From Candidatus Acidiferrum sp. (GTDB lineage: Bacteria > Chloroflexota > Dormibacteria > CF-121), in the NCBI GenBank assembly GCA_035602395.1, contig DATNMH010000068.1:920-64919 (forward strand): DNA of 64,000 nucleotides, given 5' to 3'. Shown here in pieces: positions 1-7,927 of the stretch. The notes under the pieces were generated by a model. It was not told the origin of the DNA. It saw nothing but the letters and a program-made list of their open reading frames with translations, and made no database searches. Made by a program: the position numbers and the translations under genes. Every line of letters starts with the position of its first letter. Position 1 is the stretch's first letter.

Positions 1-51
1 GGCGCTTGAGCCACGGAGCGCAATAGTAAGGTAGACAGCCCCAACGTGTTG

Positions 52-83
52 CCTCCGCCTCTGGGGGAGGGCGCGGTGGGGGC
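52..83 (+). repeat. Copy a (degenerate) of the C-tract/G-tract hairpin repeat element
   Basis: cctccgcctctgggggagggcgcggtgggggc matches the consensus CCCTCCCCCTCTGGGGGAGGGCAGGGTGGGGGC seen six more times in the window. It is intergenic, upstream of the first CDS. Confidence 0.6.
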
Positions 84-130
84 GGCTGGGTGCAAGAGGG
101 GTCGCTTGCACGGAGTTGCTCCTGTGCGGC

Positions 131-1648
131 ATGGCTGACCTGACTTCGCCCGGTGCAACCAAGCACGTGGTGGTCATGGGCGCCGGGCCAGCCGGGCTGT
201 CGGCCGCCTACGAGCTGACGCGCCACGGGACGCCGGTGACGGTGGTCGAGAAGGATCCTCGCCAGGTCGGAGGGATCGCCCGCACGCTCGAGTTCATGGG
301 CTGTCGGTTCGACGTGGGCCCCCATCGGTTTTTCTCCAAGAGTGCCGAGATCGAAGCCCTATGGACCGAGGTGCTGGGCGACGAGATCCGGTCGGTCTCG
401 CGGCTGACGCGGATCATGTACCGGGGGAAGTTCTTCGACTATCCGATCAAGGCCTCGAACGCCTTCCTCAACCTGGGGCCATACGAGACGGCGCGCTGCC
501 TGGTGAGCTATGCGCAGGCGCGCCTGCATCCGGTGGTCGACCCGAAGTCGTTCGAAGACTGGGTGTCGAATCAGTTCGGGCATCGCCTGTTCGAGATTTT
601 TTTCAAGACCTATACCGAAAAGGTGTGGGGAATTCCGACCACCGAGCTTTCAGCCGACTGGGCGGGGCAGCGGATTCGCGGGCTCAACCTGGTGGAAGTG
701 ATCCGGAATGCGCTCCTGCCCGCGGCGTGGCGCGGCGGCGAGGGCGCGATCGTCAAAACCCTGGTCGACGCATTCCGATATCCGAGAACGGGTGCCGGGC
801 AAATGTGGGAGGCGGTGGCGTCGCGGCTGGCAGCGGCAGGCCATCCGGTGCGGTTAGGGGAGGAGGTGGTCGCGGTCCGCCATGCGAATGGCCGCGTCAT
901 CTCCGTGCAGGTGAAGGACCGCAACGGTGCCACGCTGGACGTGTTGGGATCGGAGTTCATCAGCACCATGCCGATCCGCGAGTTGATCGCCAAGCTCCAA
1001 CCGGCCGCGCCCTCGATCGTGCGCGCGGCTGCCGACGCGCTCGGGTATCGCGATTTCATTACGGTCAATGTCGTGGTCGACCGCGCCAACGTCTTCCCGG
1101 ATCAATGGATCTATGTGCACGACCCGGGCGTGAAGGTGGGGCGCATCGGGAACTTCAAGAATTTCAGCCCGGCGATGGTCGACGATAGTGGCTTGACCGG
1201 CCTGGGGATGGAGTACTTCTGCTTCGAGCACGATGGCATGTGGAGCTCGCCGGATGCCGACCTCCTGGATCTGGGGCGGCGTGAGCTGGTGGCGCTGGGG
1301 ATCGTTCGGCCTGAGGAGGTCAAGGCGGGGATGGTCTACCGCCAGCCGAAGGCCTATCCCGTGTACGACGGGGCGTACCTCGGACACCTGGAGGTCGTGC
1401 GCGAATGGTTGCGCCGCGCGCTGCCGAACCTGTGGCTGGTGGGGCGCAATGGGATGCACCACTACAACAACCAGGACCACTCGATGATGACGGGGATCCT
1501 GGTGGCGCGGAATATCGCGCTGGGCGCCAACTACGATCCCTGGCTGGTCAATACCGACGCCGAATATCACGAAGAGGAACGCGCGGGGGAAGCGGCCGGC
1601 GGCGAGGGCGGGGCCGGGCGTCAGGTGCCGCAGCGAATCGCCAGCTGA
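131..1648 (+). CDS. FAD/NAD(P)-binding oxidoreductase (amine-oxidase / UDP-galactopyranose-mutase-like fold)
   Basis: ORF track 116..1648. Dinucleotide-binding motif VVVMGAGPAGLSAAYEL, plus FDVGPHRFF and FFKTYTEKVWG motifs. ATG at 131 is preferred over TTG at 116, but the start is uncertain. Confidence 0.8.
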   Translation: MADLTSPGATKHVVVMGAGPAGLSAAYELTRHGTPVTVVEKDPRQVGGIARTLEFMGCRFDVGPHRFFSKSAEIEALWTEVLGDEIRSVSRLTRIMYRGKFFDYPIKASNAFLNLGPYETARCLVSYAQARLHPVVDPKSFEDWVSNQFGHRLFEIFFKTYTEKVWGIPTTELSADWAGQRIRGLNLVEVIRNALLPAAWRGGEGAIVKTLVDAFRYPRTGAGQMWEAVASRLAAAGHPVRLGEEVVAVRHANGRVISVQVKDRNGATLDVLGSEFISTMPIRELIAKLQPAAPSIVRAAADALGYRDFITVNVVVDRANVFPDQWIYVHDPGVKVGRIGNFKNFSPAMVDDSGLTGLGMEYFCFEHDGMWSSPDADLLDLGRRELVALGIVRPEEVKAGMVYRQPKAYPVYDGAYLGHLEVVREWLRRALPNLWLVGRNGMHHYNNQDHSMMTGILVARNIALGANYDPWLVNTDAEYHEEERAGEAAGGEGGAGRQVPQRIAS

Positions 1649-1686
1649 CCCGGAAGTCGACCGATATACTGGTTCGCGCCTGGCAG

Positions 1687-1761
1687 TCCGGAGTAGCTCA
1701 ACGGTAGAGCAGCACGCTGTTAACGTGACGGTTCCCGGTTCGAATCCGGGCTCCGGAGCCA
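1687..1761 (+). tRNA. tRNA-Asn (anticodon GTT)
   Basis: Hand-folded cloverleaf. Acceptor tccggag/ctccgga, D arm gctc-aacggta-gagc, anticodon loop ct-GTT-aa, T arm cccgg-ttcgaat-ccggg, discriminator g and encoded CCA. One G.A mismatch at the top of the anticodon stem. Confidence 0.9.
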
Positions 1762-1768
1762 ACCCTCT

Positions 1769-3610
1769 CTAGCTCGGGCCCAGCCTCCAGAGATACACCC
1801 CGCCATCCTGCGTCGGGGGCGTCCCGATGATGGCCGTCAGAAACGCCAGCACTCGATCCTCGCCCGCCATCGGGCCGAGCACCACGGTCTGCACCTGCCA
1901 GCGTCGTAACATCGCCATCGCCGACGTGCGGTACGCCGCCGTCACTTCCGGCGCCGGCGCGCCCTGCTGCATCGCCATCAGGTCGGAGCCCAGCATCGTC
2001 GGCGCTGGATCCAGCGCCGGGCCGGGTCGATTAGCGTAGCCCTCCGGCATCTTGAAGCGCAAGTCCGCGCTGAGCTGCCACAGCATCGCGCGCGACTCGA
2101 ATTGGTGCGCATAGGGGACGACCAGCGCGATGCTTCCGGACGGCAGCGTCGAGACCGAGCCGCTGGAGAAGAAGGTGGGCACGTTGGCCGCCGAGGTGGC
2201 AAAGGGAATCCGCGGCACCAGGGTCATCAGCGCCAGGGCCGCGATCGCACCCGCCGCCATCGTCCGCCGTGGCGATGCGAAGTCCCAGCGATCGACCAGC
2301 ACCGACAGCAGCAGGCCGGCAAAGAGGAAGACATAGAGCATCAGGCGGCTGGGCACGACGTTGTGCAGGAGCGGCACCGTCGCCAGTCCCGCCCAGATCA
2401 ATCCGAAGAGCACCGGCGTCAATCGACCAACCCGGGTGCGGACCACCGCGAGAAACGCCACGGCGAGCAGCCCGGCCGGTAGGCCGGTCGTCACGCCGCC
2501 GAGGTGGAACGTGATCCCTAGCGAAAGGGCGGCGGCGAGCAGCGCTAGCATCGACGCCACCTGAACCACCGGAGCCCGCCACCAGCGCACCACCGCGAGG
2601 ACCAGCAGGACCAGCATTGGCAATCCCAGGAATGCCCCGGCCTCATACTGGCTGCCGCTGAATCGGTCCGTGACCGCGGTGAGTGCGGCTGGTGCGATGG
2701 CCTGCAGCGAGGTCGGCAGCACCAGGCCGGCCACGTCCGTGACAAAAACATTCGACGCCGCGAGCGTGCCGTGGACCGCCTGCGGGCCGAAGAACTGCAT
2801 CCACAGCGGCCCGACGGCGACCAGTGTGAGCATGCCGGTGGCAACCCCGAGGACCTTGAGGACGTAGGTCGCCCGCACCCGGACCTGGTCGGGACGCAAG
2901 CCAGCCAGAATTGCGAGCGCCATGCACGCCAGCAGGACTTGTGTCAGCAGCAACTCCTCGGAGATCAGGAGTTGGGCCGCGGCCATCGCGCCGATGATGG
3001 CTCCCAGGCGCCAGGGCGATCGCTGCTGCCGCAGGACGGCTTCTTCGAAGGCGATCAGCATCAGCGGGCAGATGAACACGACCCCAACGTGCGGATGCCC
3101 GAGCGATTGGGCCAGCATGTAGGGCGAGAACCCAAAGAGCAGCCCGCCAAGGGCGGCTGCCCAGGGACGCTCCACATGACGGCGGAACGCGAGGAAGGCG
3201 CACCACGCGGCAAGCGCCATCGAGGCCGTCATCAGCAGGTTGTAGGCGAAGATCGGCCCCAGCGTCAGCGTAATGGGGGCCAATAGCAGGCCGAGCAATG
3301 GCACCGACGTCTGCCACATCAGGTTGACCCCGCTGGGAAAATCGAGATAGTTGGTGAACAGGGGGTTGAGGCCGTGGCTGAGTGCAAAGGGCACCCAGCG
3401 CAGGTACCAGATGAATACCGGCGGGTCGGGTCCGTCGCCGATGACCTGCGAGAAGGGATGCGCCCAGGTGGCGGCAAACAATCCGAGCGCGAGCAGCCCA
3501 TAGGTCGCAAGCCATCCGGCAGGCGTGCTGAGAAGGCTCAACCAGGCATCCGAGTGCGCCGGTTCGGACGCGCGCGGGTCGGGGCGAAGACGGGGCGCTG
3601 GAAGGCTCAT
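1769..3610 (-). CDS. Polytopic integral membrane protein, GT-C-fold glycosyltransferase-like (function uncertain)
   Basis: 613-aa ORF with more than 10 hydrophobic segments followed by a soluble C-terminal domain. The architecture resembles ArnT/PMT/YfhO-type lipid-linked sugar transferases. No catalytic motif was verified. Confidence 0.7.
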   Translation of the reverse strand: MSLPAPRLRPDPRASEPAHSDAWLSLLSTPAGWLATYGLLALGLFAATWAHPFSQVIGDGPDPPVFIWYLRWVPFALSHGLNPLFTNYLDFPSGVNLMWQTSVPLLGLLLAPITLTLGPIFAYNLLMTASMALAAWCAFLAFRRHVERPWAAALGGLLFGFSPYMLAQSLGHPHVGVVFICPLMLIAFEEAVLRQQRSPWRLGAIIGAMAAAQLLISEELLLTQVLLACMALAILAGLRPDQVRVRATYVLKVLGVATGMLTLVAVGPLWMQFFGPQAVHGTLAASNVFVTDVAGLVLPTSLQAIAPAALTAVTDRFSGSQYEAGAFLGLPMLVLLVLAVVRWWRAPVVQVASMLALLAAALSLGITFHLGGVTTGLPAGLLAVAFLAVVRTRVGRLTPVLFGLIWAGLATVPLLHNVVPSRLMLYVFLFAGLLLSVLVDRWDFASPRRTMAAGAIAALALMTLVPRIPFATSAANVPTFFSSGSVSTLPSGSIALVVPYAHQFESRAMLWQLSADLRFKMPEGYANRPGPALDPAPTMLGSDLMAMQQGAPAPEVTAAYRTSAMAMLRRWQVQTVVLGPMAGEDRVLAFLTAIIGTPPTQDGGVYLWRLGPS

Positions 3611-3715
3611 AGTTTGCCGGTTTAGGCGTTGGGGAAGGACTTGATTAGGTCGGACGTTTTTCTGCTATAACGCGGGAGTCCGGCCGAACCGCCGGATCCA
3701 ATATTGGAGGTTTAG

Positions 3716-4819
3716 ATGGGAATCTTCGGCCAGGAAGTCCGGCGCGAGTTTATCGCCCGTCCGGATACCGCCAAGGGCCAAATTCTGTTCAAGTGGCCCG
3801 ACACCAACATCCGTAAACTGACCCAGCTCACGGTCGAGCAGGACGAGCTGGCCGTCTTCTTCCGCGACGGCCGCGTTCAGGGTACGATCCAGCCCGGCCG
3901 GGTAACGCTCGACTCATCCGAGATCCCATTCCTCGGCATCCTGGTCGACGCGGCCAGCGGCGGCAACCTGTTCCGGACCGAACTCTATTTCATCTCGACT
4001 CGCGAGTTCCCAAATCTGCCCTTCGGCGGTGCGGTCGACAACGTCATGGATCCGCAGACGAACCTCGGCGTCGGGCTGCGGGTCTTTGGCGAGTACTCGC
4101 TGAAGGTCGTCGAGCCGCAGTCGTTGATCGTCAACCTGGTCGGCACGCAGAATCTATCGACCAATGACGAGATCACCGACTGGATGCGGGAGCAGCTGCT
4201 CAAGACCCTGCGGACCGACGTTGTGTCGCACGTCGTGAGCAACGGCTGGCCGCTGCTTGGCATCGCGGCCCATACCGACGAGATCGAGTCGGAGACGATC
4301 GCCCAGGTGCAGCGCAACATCAGCAGCTACGGCCTGCAGATCGTTCGACTCGGAAATTTCACGATCACGCTGAAGCCCGAGGACGAGGACAAGCTCAAGA
4401 ACTTCCTCCACGACGTTCAGTACTCGAAGCTGGCGGGCGGCTTCCAGCAATACGCGGCTGGCCAGGCGATGATCGGCGCCGGGCAAGGGCTCGCCCAGGG
4501 GCCCGGCCAGGGCGGCGGAGTCAACCCGGCGTTCCTCGGGGTCGGCCTCGGCGTGGGCGGGCTGGTGGCCGGCCAGATGGGTCAGACGCTGGCCGCCGGC
4601 GGCCAGATCCAGGTTCGCTGTCCCAACTGCCACGCGCTGAACGCGGAGAACGCTAAGTTCTGCAACAGCTGCGGCCAGGCGCTCTCGCCGGCCCCGGCGC
4701 CGGCCGGCGCCACGGTTGCCTGCCCGAAGTGCGGCACCCAGAATTCGGCGACTGCGAAGTTCTGCACCAACTGCGGCCAAACACTCACCGGCGGAGGCAC
4801 ACCGGCACCGACCCAGTGA
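3716..4819 (+). CDS. SPFH/Band-7 domain protein with two C-terminal zinc ribbons (YdjI/COG4260-like)
   Basis: N-terminal region typical of COG4260 SPFH proteins. C-terminus has CPNCHALNAENAKFCNSCG and CPKCGTQNSATAKFCTNCG. SD ggagg lies upstream of ATG 3716. Confidence 0.85.
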   Translation: MGIFGQEVRREFIARPDTAKGQILFKWPDTNIRKLTQLTVEQDELAVFFRDGRVQGTIQPGRVTLDSSEIPFLGILVDAASGGNLFRTELYFISTREFPNLPFGGAVDNVMDPQTNLGVGLRVFGEYSLKVVEPQSLIVNLVGTQNLSTNDEITDWMREQLLKTLRTDVVSHVVSNGWPLLGIAAHTDEIESETIAQVQRNISSYGLQIVRLGNFTITLKPEDEDKLKNFLHDVQYSKLAGGFQQYAAGQAMIGAGQGLAQGPGQGGGVNPAFLGVGLGVGGLVAGQMGQTLAAGGQIQVRCPNCHALNAENAKFCNSCGQALSPAPAPAGATVACPKCGTQNSATAKFCTNCGQTLTGGGTPAPTQ

Positions 4820-5736
4820 GCCTCAGGCGGCGTCTTGGCCTGGCGGCCGGGCTGGCGCTCTCGGTCATCCTGACCAGCCCGCTGTTGGCGTTTGCACGGG
4901 CGGGCGGCGGTCAGAGCTTCGGCGGCGGTGGCGGCGGATTTGGCGGTGGCGGCGGCTCCTTCGGTGGGGGAGGCGGCTTCGGCGGCGGCGGCCTACTCCT
5001 GCCCTTTCTCTTCTTTGGCGGCGGTGGGGGCGGGTTCTTCTTCTTTCTCTTCATCCTCTTCGCCCTCTGGCAGGTCTACCGTCGGATGAGCATCCGCAAT
5101 CCGATGCAGGCGTCGAACTGGGGCCCGGCCTATGCCCCGATGGCGCAGATGCGCTCGACCCTGACCGAAGACCTGGCGGCTCTTCAGGCCAAAGATCCGA
5201 ACTTCAACCAGCAGATGTTCCTCGACCGGGCGCAGGCGGCCTTCTTCGCCCTGCAGAAAGCCTGGATGGATCGCAACCTCGAACCGGCCCGCGTCTACAT
5301 GTCGGACGGCATCTACCACCGGTGGAAGACACAGATCGATGCCATGATCGCCGCCCACAAAAAGAACATGCTCGACAACCTGGTCATCGGCGGCGTCCAG
5401 ATCGTCAAGGTGCAGACCGATCCCAACTTCGATACCATCACGGTCCGGATCGACGCCAGCGCCGCTGACTACGAAGTGGACGACACCACGGCCAACAAGG
5501 TCATCTACGGCTCGCGCCAGAACCAGAACTTCACCGAGTACTGGACCTTCATTCGAAGCGGATCGGCCCGGACCAAGGCGGGCGAAGGGGCAGAGGTCAC
5601 GCAGTGTCCCAACTGCGGCGCTCCGTTGTCGATCAACGAGTCCGGCGTTTGCAGCTACTGCAAGGCGACCGTCACCAGTGGACAGTTCGGCTGGGTCCTC
5701 GACAACATCACACAAGCATCGGAGTGGCAAGGATGA
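4816..5736 (+). CDS. Membrane-anchored Tim44-like domain protein with Gly/Phe-rich region and C-terminal zinc ribbon
   Basis: GTG 4816 overlaps the upstream TGA (GTGA). Signal/TM segment LGLAAGLALSVILTSPLLAFA, long GGGGF repeats and a second TM. Tim44-like core (FLDRAQAAFFALQKAW...). CPNCGAPLSINESGVCSYC. Confidence 0.8.
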   Translation: MSLRRRLGLAAGLALSVILTSPLLAFARAGGGQSFGGGGGGFGGGGGSFGGGGGFGGGGLLLPFLFFGGGGGGFFFFLFILFALWQVYRRMSIRNPMQASNWGPAYAPMAQMRSTLTEDLAALQAKDPNFNQQMFLDRAQAAFFALQKAWMDRNLEPARVYMSDGIYHRWKTQIDAMIAAHKKNMLDNLVIGGVQIVKVQTDPNFDTITVRIDASAADYEVDDTTANKVIYGSRQNQNFTEYWTFIRSGSARTKAGEGAEVTQCPNCGAPLSINESGVCSYCKATVTSGQFGWVLDNITQASEWQG

Positions 5737-6059
5737 GCGAGCAGAACGATCCGATCACTGACGGACGCGCGCCCGATCCGGCGTCGAGTGGGGGAGACGG
5801 CACCGGCTGGTCGCAGCCGCCGGCACCGCAATCCCCGGGTCCGCCCGGCGCCTTCGTCGACCGTCCCGCTGCGCCACCAGGAGCTCCGCTGCCACCGGGT
5901 GCCGGCTCGCCACTGCAACCGGGACCGCCGATGTCGGTGAACGCACCGATCACCGACTCGATCATCAACCGCTACGCCCTGGTGGTGGGCGTGGTCGTTG
6001 TCGTTCTGGTCCTGATCGTGGTCCTGGTGATCCTGGCCGCGGTCTTCGGCAAACGATGA
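5733..6059 (+). CDS. Proline-rich protein with C-terminal transmembrane anchor
   Basis: ATG 5733 overlaps the upstream stop (ATGA). Pro-rich N-terminal half, then YALVVGVVVVVLVLIVVLVILAAVFG. Confidence 0.6.
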   Translation: MSEQNDPITDGRAPDPASSGGDGTGWSQPPAPQSPGPPGAFVDRPAAPPGAPLPPGAGSPLQPGPPMSVNAPITDSIINRYALVVGVVVVVLVLIVVLVILAAVFGKR

Positions 6060-6067
6060 GATAAGCG

Positions 6068-6096
6068 TCTGCATATACACAGATATGTAGTATAAT
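6068..6096 (+). promoter_or_regulatory. Candidate promoter for radC; perfect -10 TATAAT 6 nt before the GTG start (leaderless geometry)
   Basis: TATAAT at 6091-6096 in an AT-rich patch. Weak -35 TCTGCA at 6068-6073 with a 17-nt spacer. No SD before GTG 6103. Confidence 0.35.
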
Positions 6097-6102
6097 CAGC
6101 CC

Positions 6103-6699
6103 GTGGCTGCGCCGGACGAGCCAGGTCTGCTGGCGGCGCTGCTCGGGCAGCGCGCCGACCTCTCGGGGGTGAAGGCCTTATTGGCCGAGGGCGGCATCGT
6201 GGAGCGTCAGCCGGGTGATCTGCGGGAAGCGGCGCGCCGGCATGGTTTTCGGCCGGCACAGGTCCGCCGGCTTCTCACGGTCCGAGAGCTGGCCAGACGC
6301 TGGCACATTCCGGCTGACAGCGCCGCTCCCGCGATCACGTCGCCGAGGGAGGCGCTGCTCCAGTTCCAGGACCTTCGGAGCAGCCCGAAGGAGTGTTTTT
6401 CGGTGCTCTACCTGAATACGCGCAACCAGCCGGTGGGGTGCGAGAAGGTGGCGGTCGGCGGGCTCAACGTCGCGGCCCTCCAGCCGCGTGAGGTCTTCGG
6501 CCCGGCGCTGACCATGGGCGCCGCCGCGGTCATCCTGGCCCACAACCACCCCTCCGGGGACCCCACGCCCAGTCCCGAGGACCTGGCCGTCACGCGCCAC
6601 CTCCTCGAGGCCGGTCGGTTACTCGGTGTGGAAGTCCTGGATCACCTGGTGGTGTCCGCGGAGCGCTTCCGGAGCCTGCGCGAGGCAGGAGCTCTATAG
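6103..6699 (+). CDS. radC: RadC-family JAB/MPN domain protein
   Basis: JAMM motif AHNHPSGDPTPSPEDLAVTRHL and an HhH-like N-terminal part. Confidence 0.9.
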   Translation: MAAPDEPGLLAALLGQRADLSGVKALLAEGGIVERQPGDLREAARRHGFRPAQVRRLLTVRELARRWHIPADSAAPAITSPREALLQFQDLRSSPKECFSVLYLNTRNQPVGCEKVAVGGLNVAALQPREVFGPALTMGAAAVILAHNHPSGDPTPSPEDLAVTRHLLEAGRLLGVEVLDHLVVSAERFRSLREAGAL

Positions 6700-6856
6700 A
6701 TCCTGAGTTTTGGTAGTTGCAATAGGTTATATTGCCGATGCCAAATACGGCACCGTAGCCACGTTCACCTTCACAATTCACCCGTCACAAAGCCCTCGGC
6801 GGGTGAGAGAATAGACCCGCTCGCCTGCCGGCGGGCACGGCCCACAGCGGGGCAGG

Positions 6857-6893
6857 AAAACCGACCACTGAGCGATGGTCGGTTTTCTGTTTT
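6857..6893. terminator. Bidirectional intrinsic terminator-like hairpin
   Basis: aaaaccgacca-ctgagcga-tggtcggtttt followed by ctgtttt. The 11-bp stem is flanked by an A-tract and a T-tract, so it reads as stem plus U-run on both strands. It lies between convergent radC (+) and the Tim44-like gene (-). Confidence 0.6.
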
Positions 6894-6915
6894 CAAGCCC
6901 GAAAAGGGCTTGAAA

Positions 6916-7021
6916 CCGAGCTCCCACAGTAGTTCACTTCCCCCATCGGTGTACGCGCGCTGCTTTCGCACGTTCCTGACGAGCGTAGGGCCGCGCGTTC
7001 GTCGGACCGGTGGGAGCTCGG
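6916..7021. repeat. 12-bp perfect long-range inverted repeat enclosing an 82-nt GC-rich segment
   Basis: ccgagctcccac (6916-6927) pairs with gtgggagctcgg (7010-7021). There is nested complementarity inside, for example acgcgc/gcgcgt. Confidence 0.6.
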
Positions 7022-7131
7022 CCTTCGAATTTCGAAGCCCGCGACAAGGGCTTCGAAATTCTCGAAGCAAGGGCTTCGAAATTCTCGAAGCAAGGGCTTC
7101 GAAATTCTCGAAGCAAGAGCTTCGAAATTCT
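7020..7131. repeat. Tandem direct repeat, 23-bp unit gggcttcgaaattctcgaagcaa, 3 full copies plus 1 partial and 1 diverged leading copy
   Basis: Full units at 7048-7070, 7071-7093 and 7094-7116. Partial unit at 7117-7131. Diverged unit gccttcgaatttcgaagcccgcgacaa at 7021-7047. Each unit carries the near-palindrome gcttcgaAATTCtcgaagc. GC is about 48%, well below the window background. Confidence 0.9.
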
Positions 7132-7135
7132 TTAC

Positions 7136-7876
7136 CTAAACCCTATCGATCCGCGTGAGCAACCATCCGAACTTGCCGCTGATCACGGCCGCATCGCAGA
7201 AGGGGCAGATGCTCGTGATGTCGACGTTGACCGACGCGCCACAGTTCGGACAGCTCTCCGAGGTGATCGTCCCCGGCTGACCGGTTGTTATCGTCGACGG
7301 ACGCTGGAAGATCCAATCTTCCGTCCAATCCCAGCGATTGGTGTCGCCGCGAATGACCCGTGAGCCTGCATCGAGGTCATAGTCGGCCGAGTTGGCGTTG
7401 AGGCGAACGGTTACCGTGTCGAAACCGCTGTTCGACAGCGCACCCGCCACCACGGCGCTGGTGAAGCTCAGCCCGTCGAGCATGTTCCGCCAGCCCTTGT
7501 CGCGATAGGCACCGATCTGCGCCTTCTGTTGTTCCCAGATGACGGAGGCCATCACGCCCTGGCTCAGCGCCGGCTTAAGCGCGGTCCAGGCCTCGAGCAC
7601 CGCAAAGAACAGCCGCTGCACCTGGGCCAGGAAGACGTTTTCGTCGAACGCGGGGTCATGCTGATGGATGGCGGCGATGCCGGCGAGCTTGCCGTCGACC
7701 CCATCGGAATCGATGTTCGGCGCCCAGGATCCGGGCAATACCTGGCCATACCATTCGCGGCTGGGACGGTGCGACGGGCCGCCCTCCGACGTGAGGTAAC
7801 CCTCGCCGGCACTCGCTTCGCCCTGGGCCAGCCAGTCCGTCATGTCTCTCAGGCGATCAACCAGGCCGATACCCAA
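7136..7876 (-). CDS. Cytosolic Tim44-like domain protein with C-terminal zinc ribbon (paralog of 4816..5736)
   Basis: FLAQVQRLFFAVLEAW... core and CPNCGASVNVDITSICPFC, with the same C-terminal GKFGW(L/V)L motif as 4816..5736. Confidence 0.8.
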   Translation of the reverse strand: MGIGLVDRLRDMTDWLAQGEASAGEGYLTSEGGPSHRPSREWYGQVLPGSWAPNIDSDGVDGKLAGIAAIHQHDPAFDENVFLAQVQRLFFAVLEAWTALKPALSQGVMASVIWEQQKAQIGAYRDKGWRNMLDGLSFTSAVVAGALSNSGFDTVTVRLNANSADYDLDAGSRVIRGDTNRWDWTEDWIFQRPSTITTGQPGTITSESCPNCGASVNVDITSICPFCDAAVISGKFGWLLTRIDRV

Positions 7877-7889
7877 TGCGACGCTATTT

Positions 7890-7925
7890 CCCTCCCCCGC
7901 TTGCGGGGGAGGGCAGGGTGGGGGC
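7890..7925 (+). repeat. Copy b of the hairpin/G-tract repeat element
   Basis: ccctcccccgcttgcgggggagggcagggtgggggc, between two minus-strand genes. Confidence 0.8.
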
Positions 7926-7927
7926 CG

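Noticed and set aside
6740-6860. A known riboswitch class (TPP, cobalamin, glutamine) in the radC-downstream region
   Set aside because: There are only fragmentary resemblances (ggtgagag...accc, acgttcacc, ccactg). The defining conserved cores are missing, and no regulated gene lies downstream on the + strand.
7020-7131. The 23-bp repeats as a CRISPR array or a type III toxin-antitoxin RNA array
   Set aside because: The units are contiguous with no spacers, and no cas genes are present. No ORF follows the array on either strand that could be a ToxN-like toxin.
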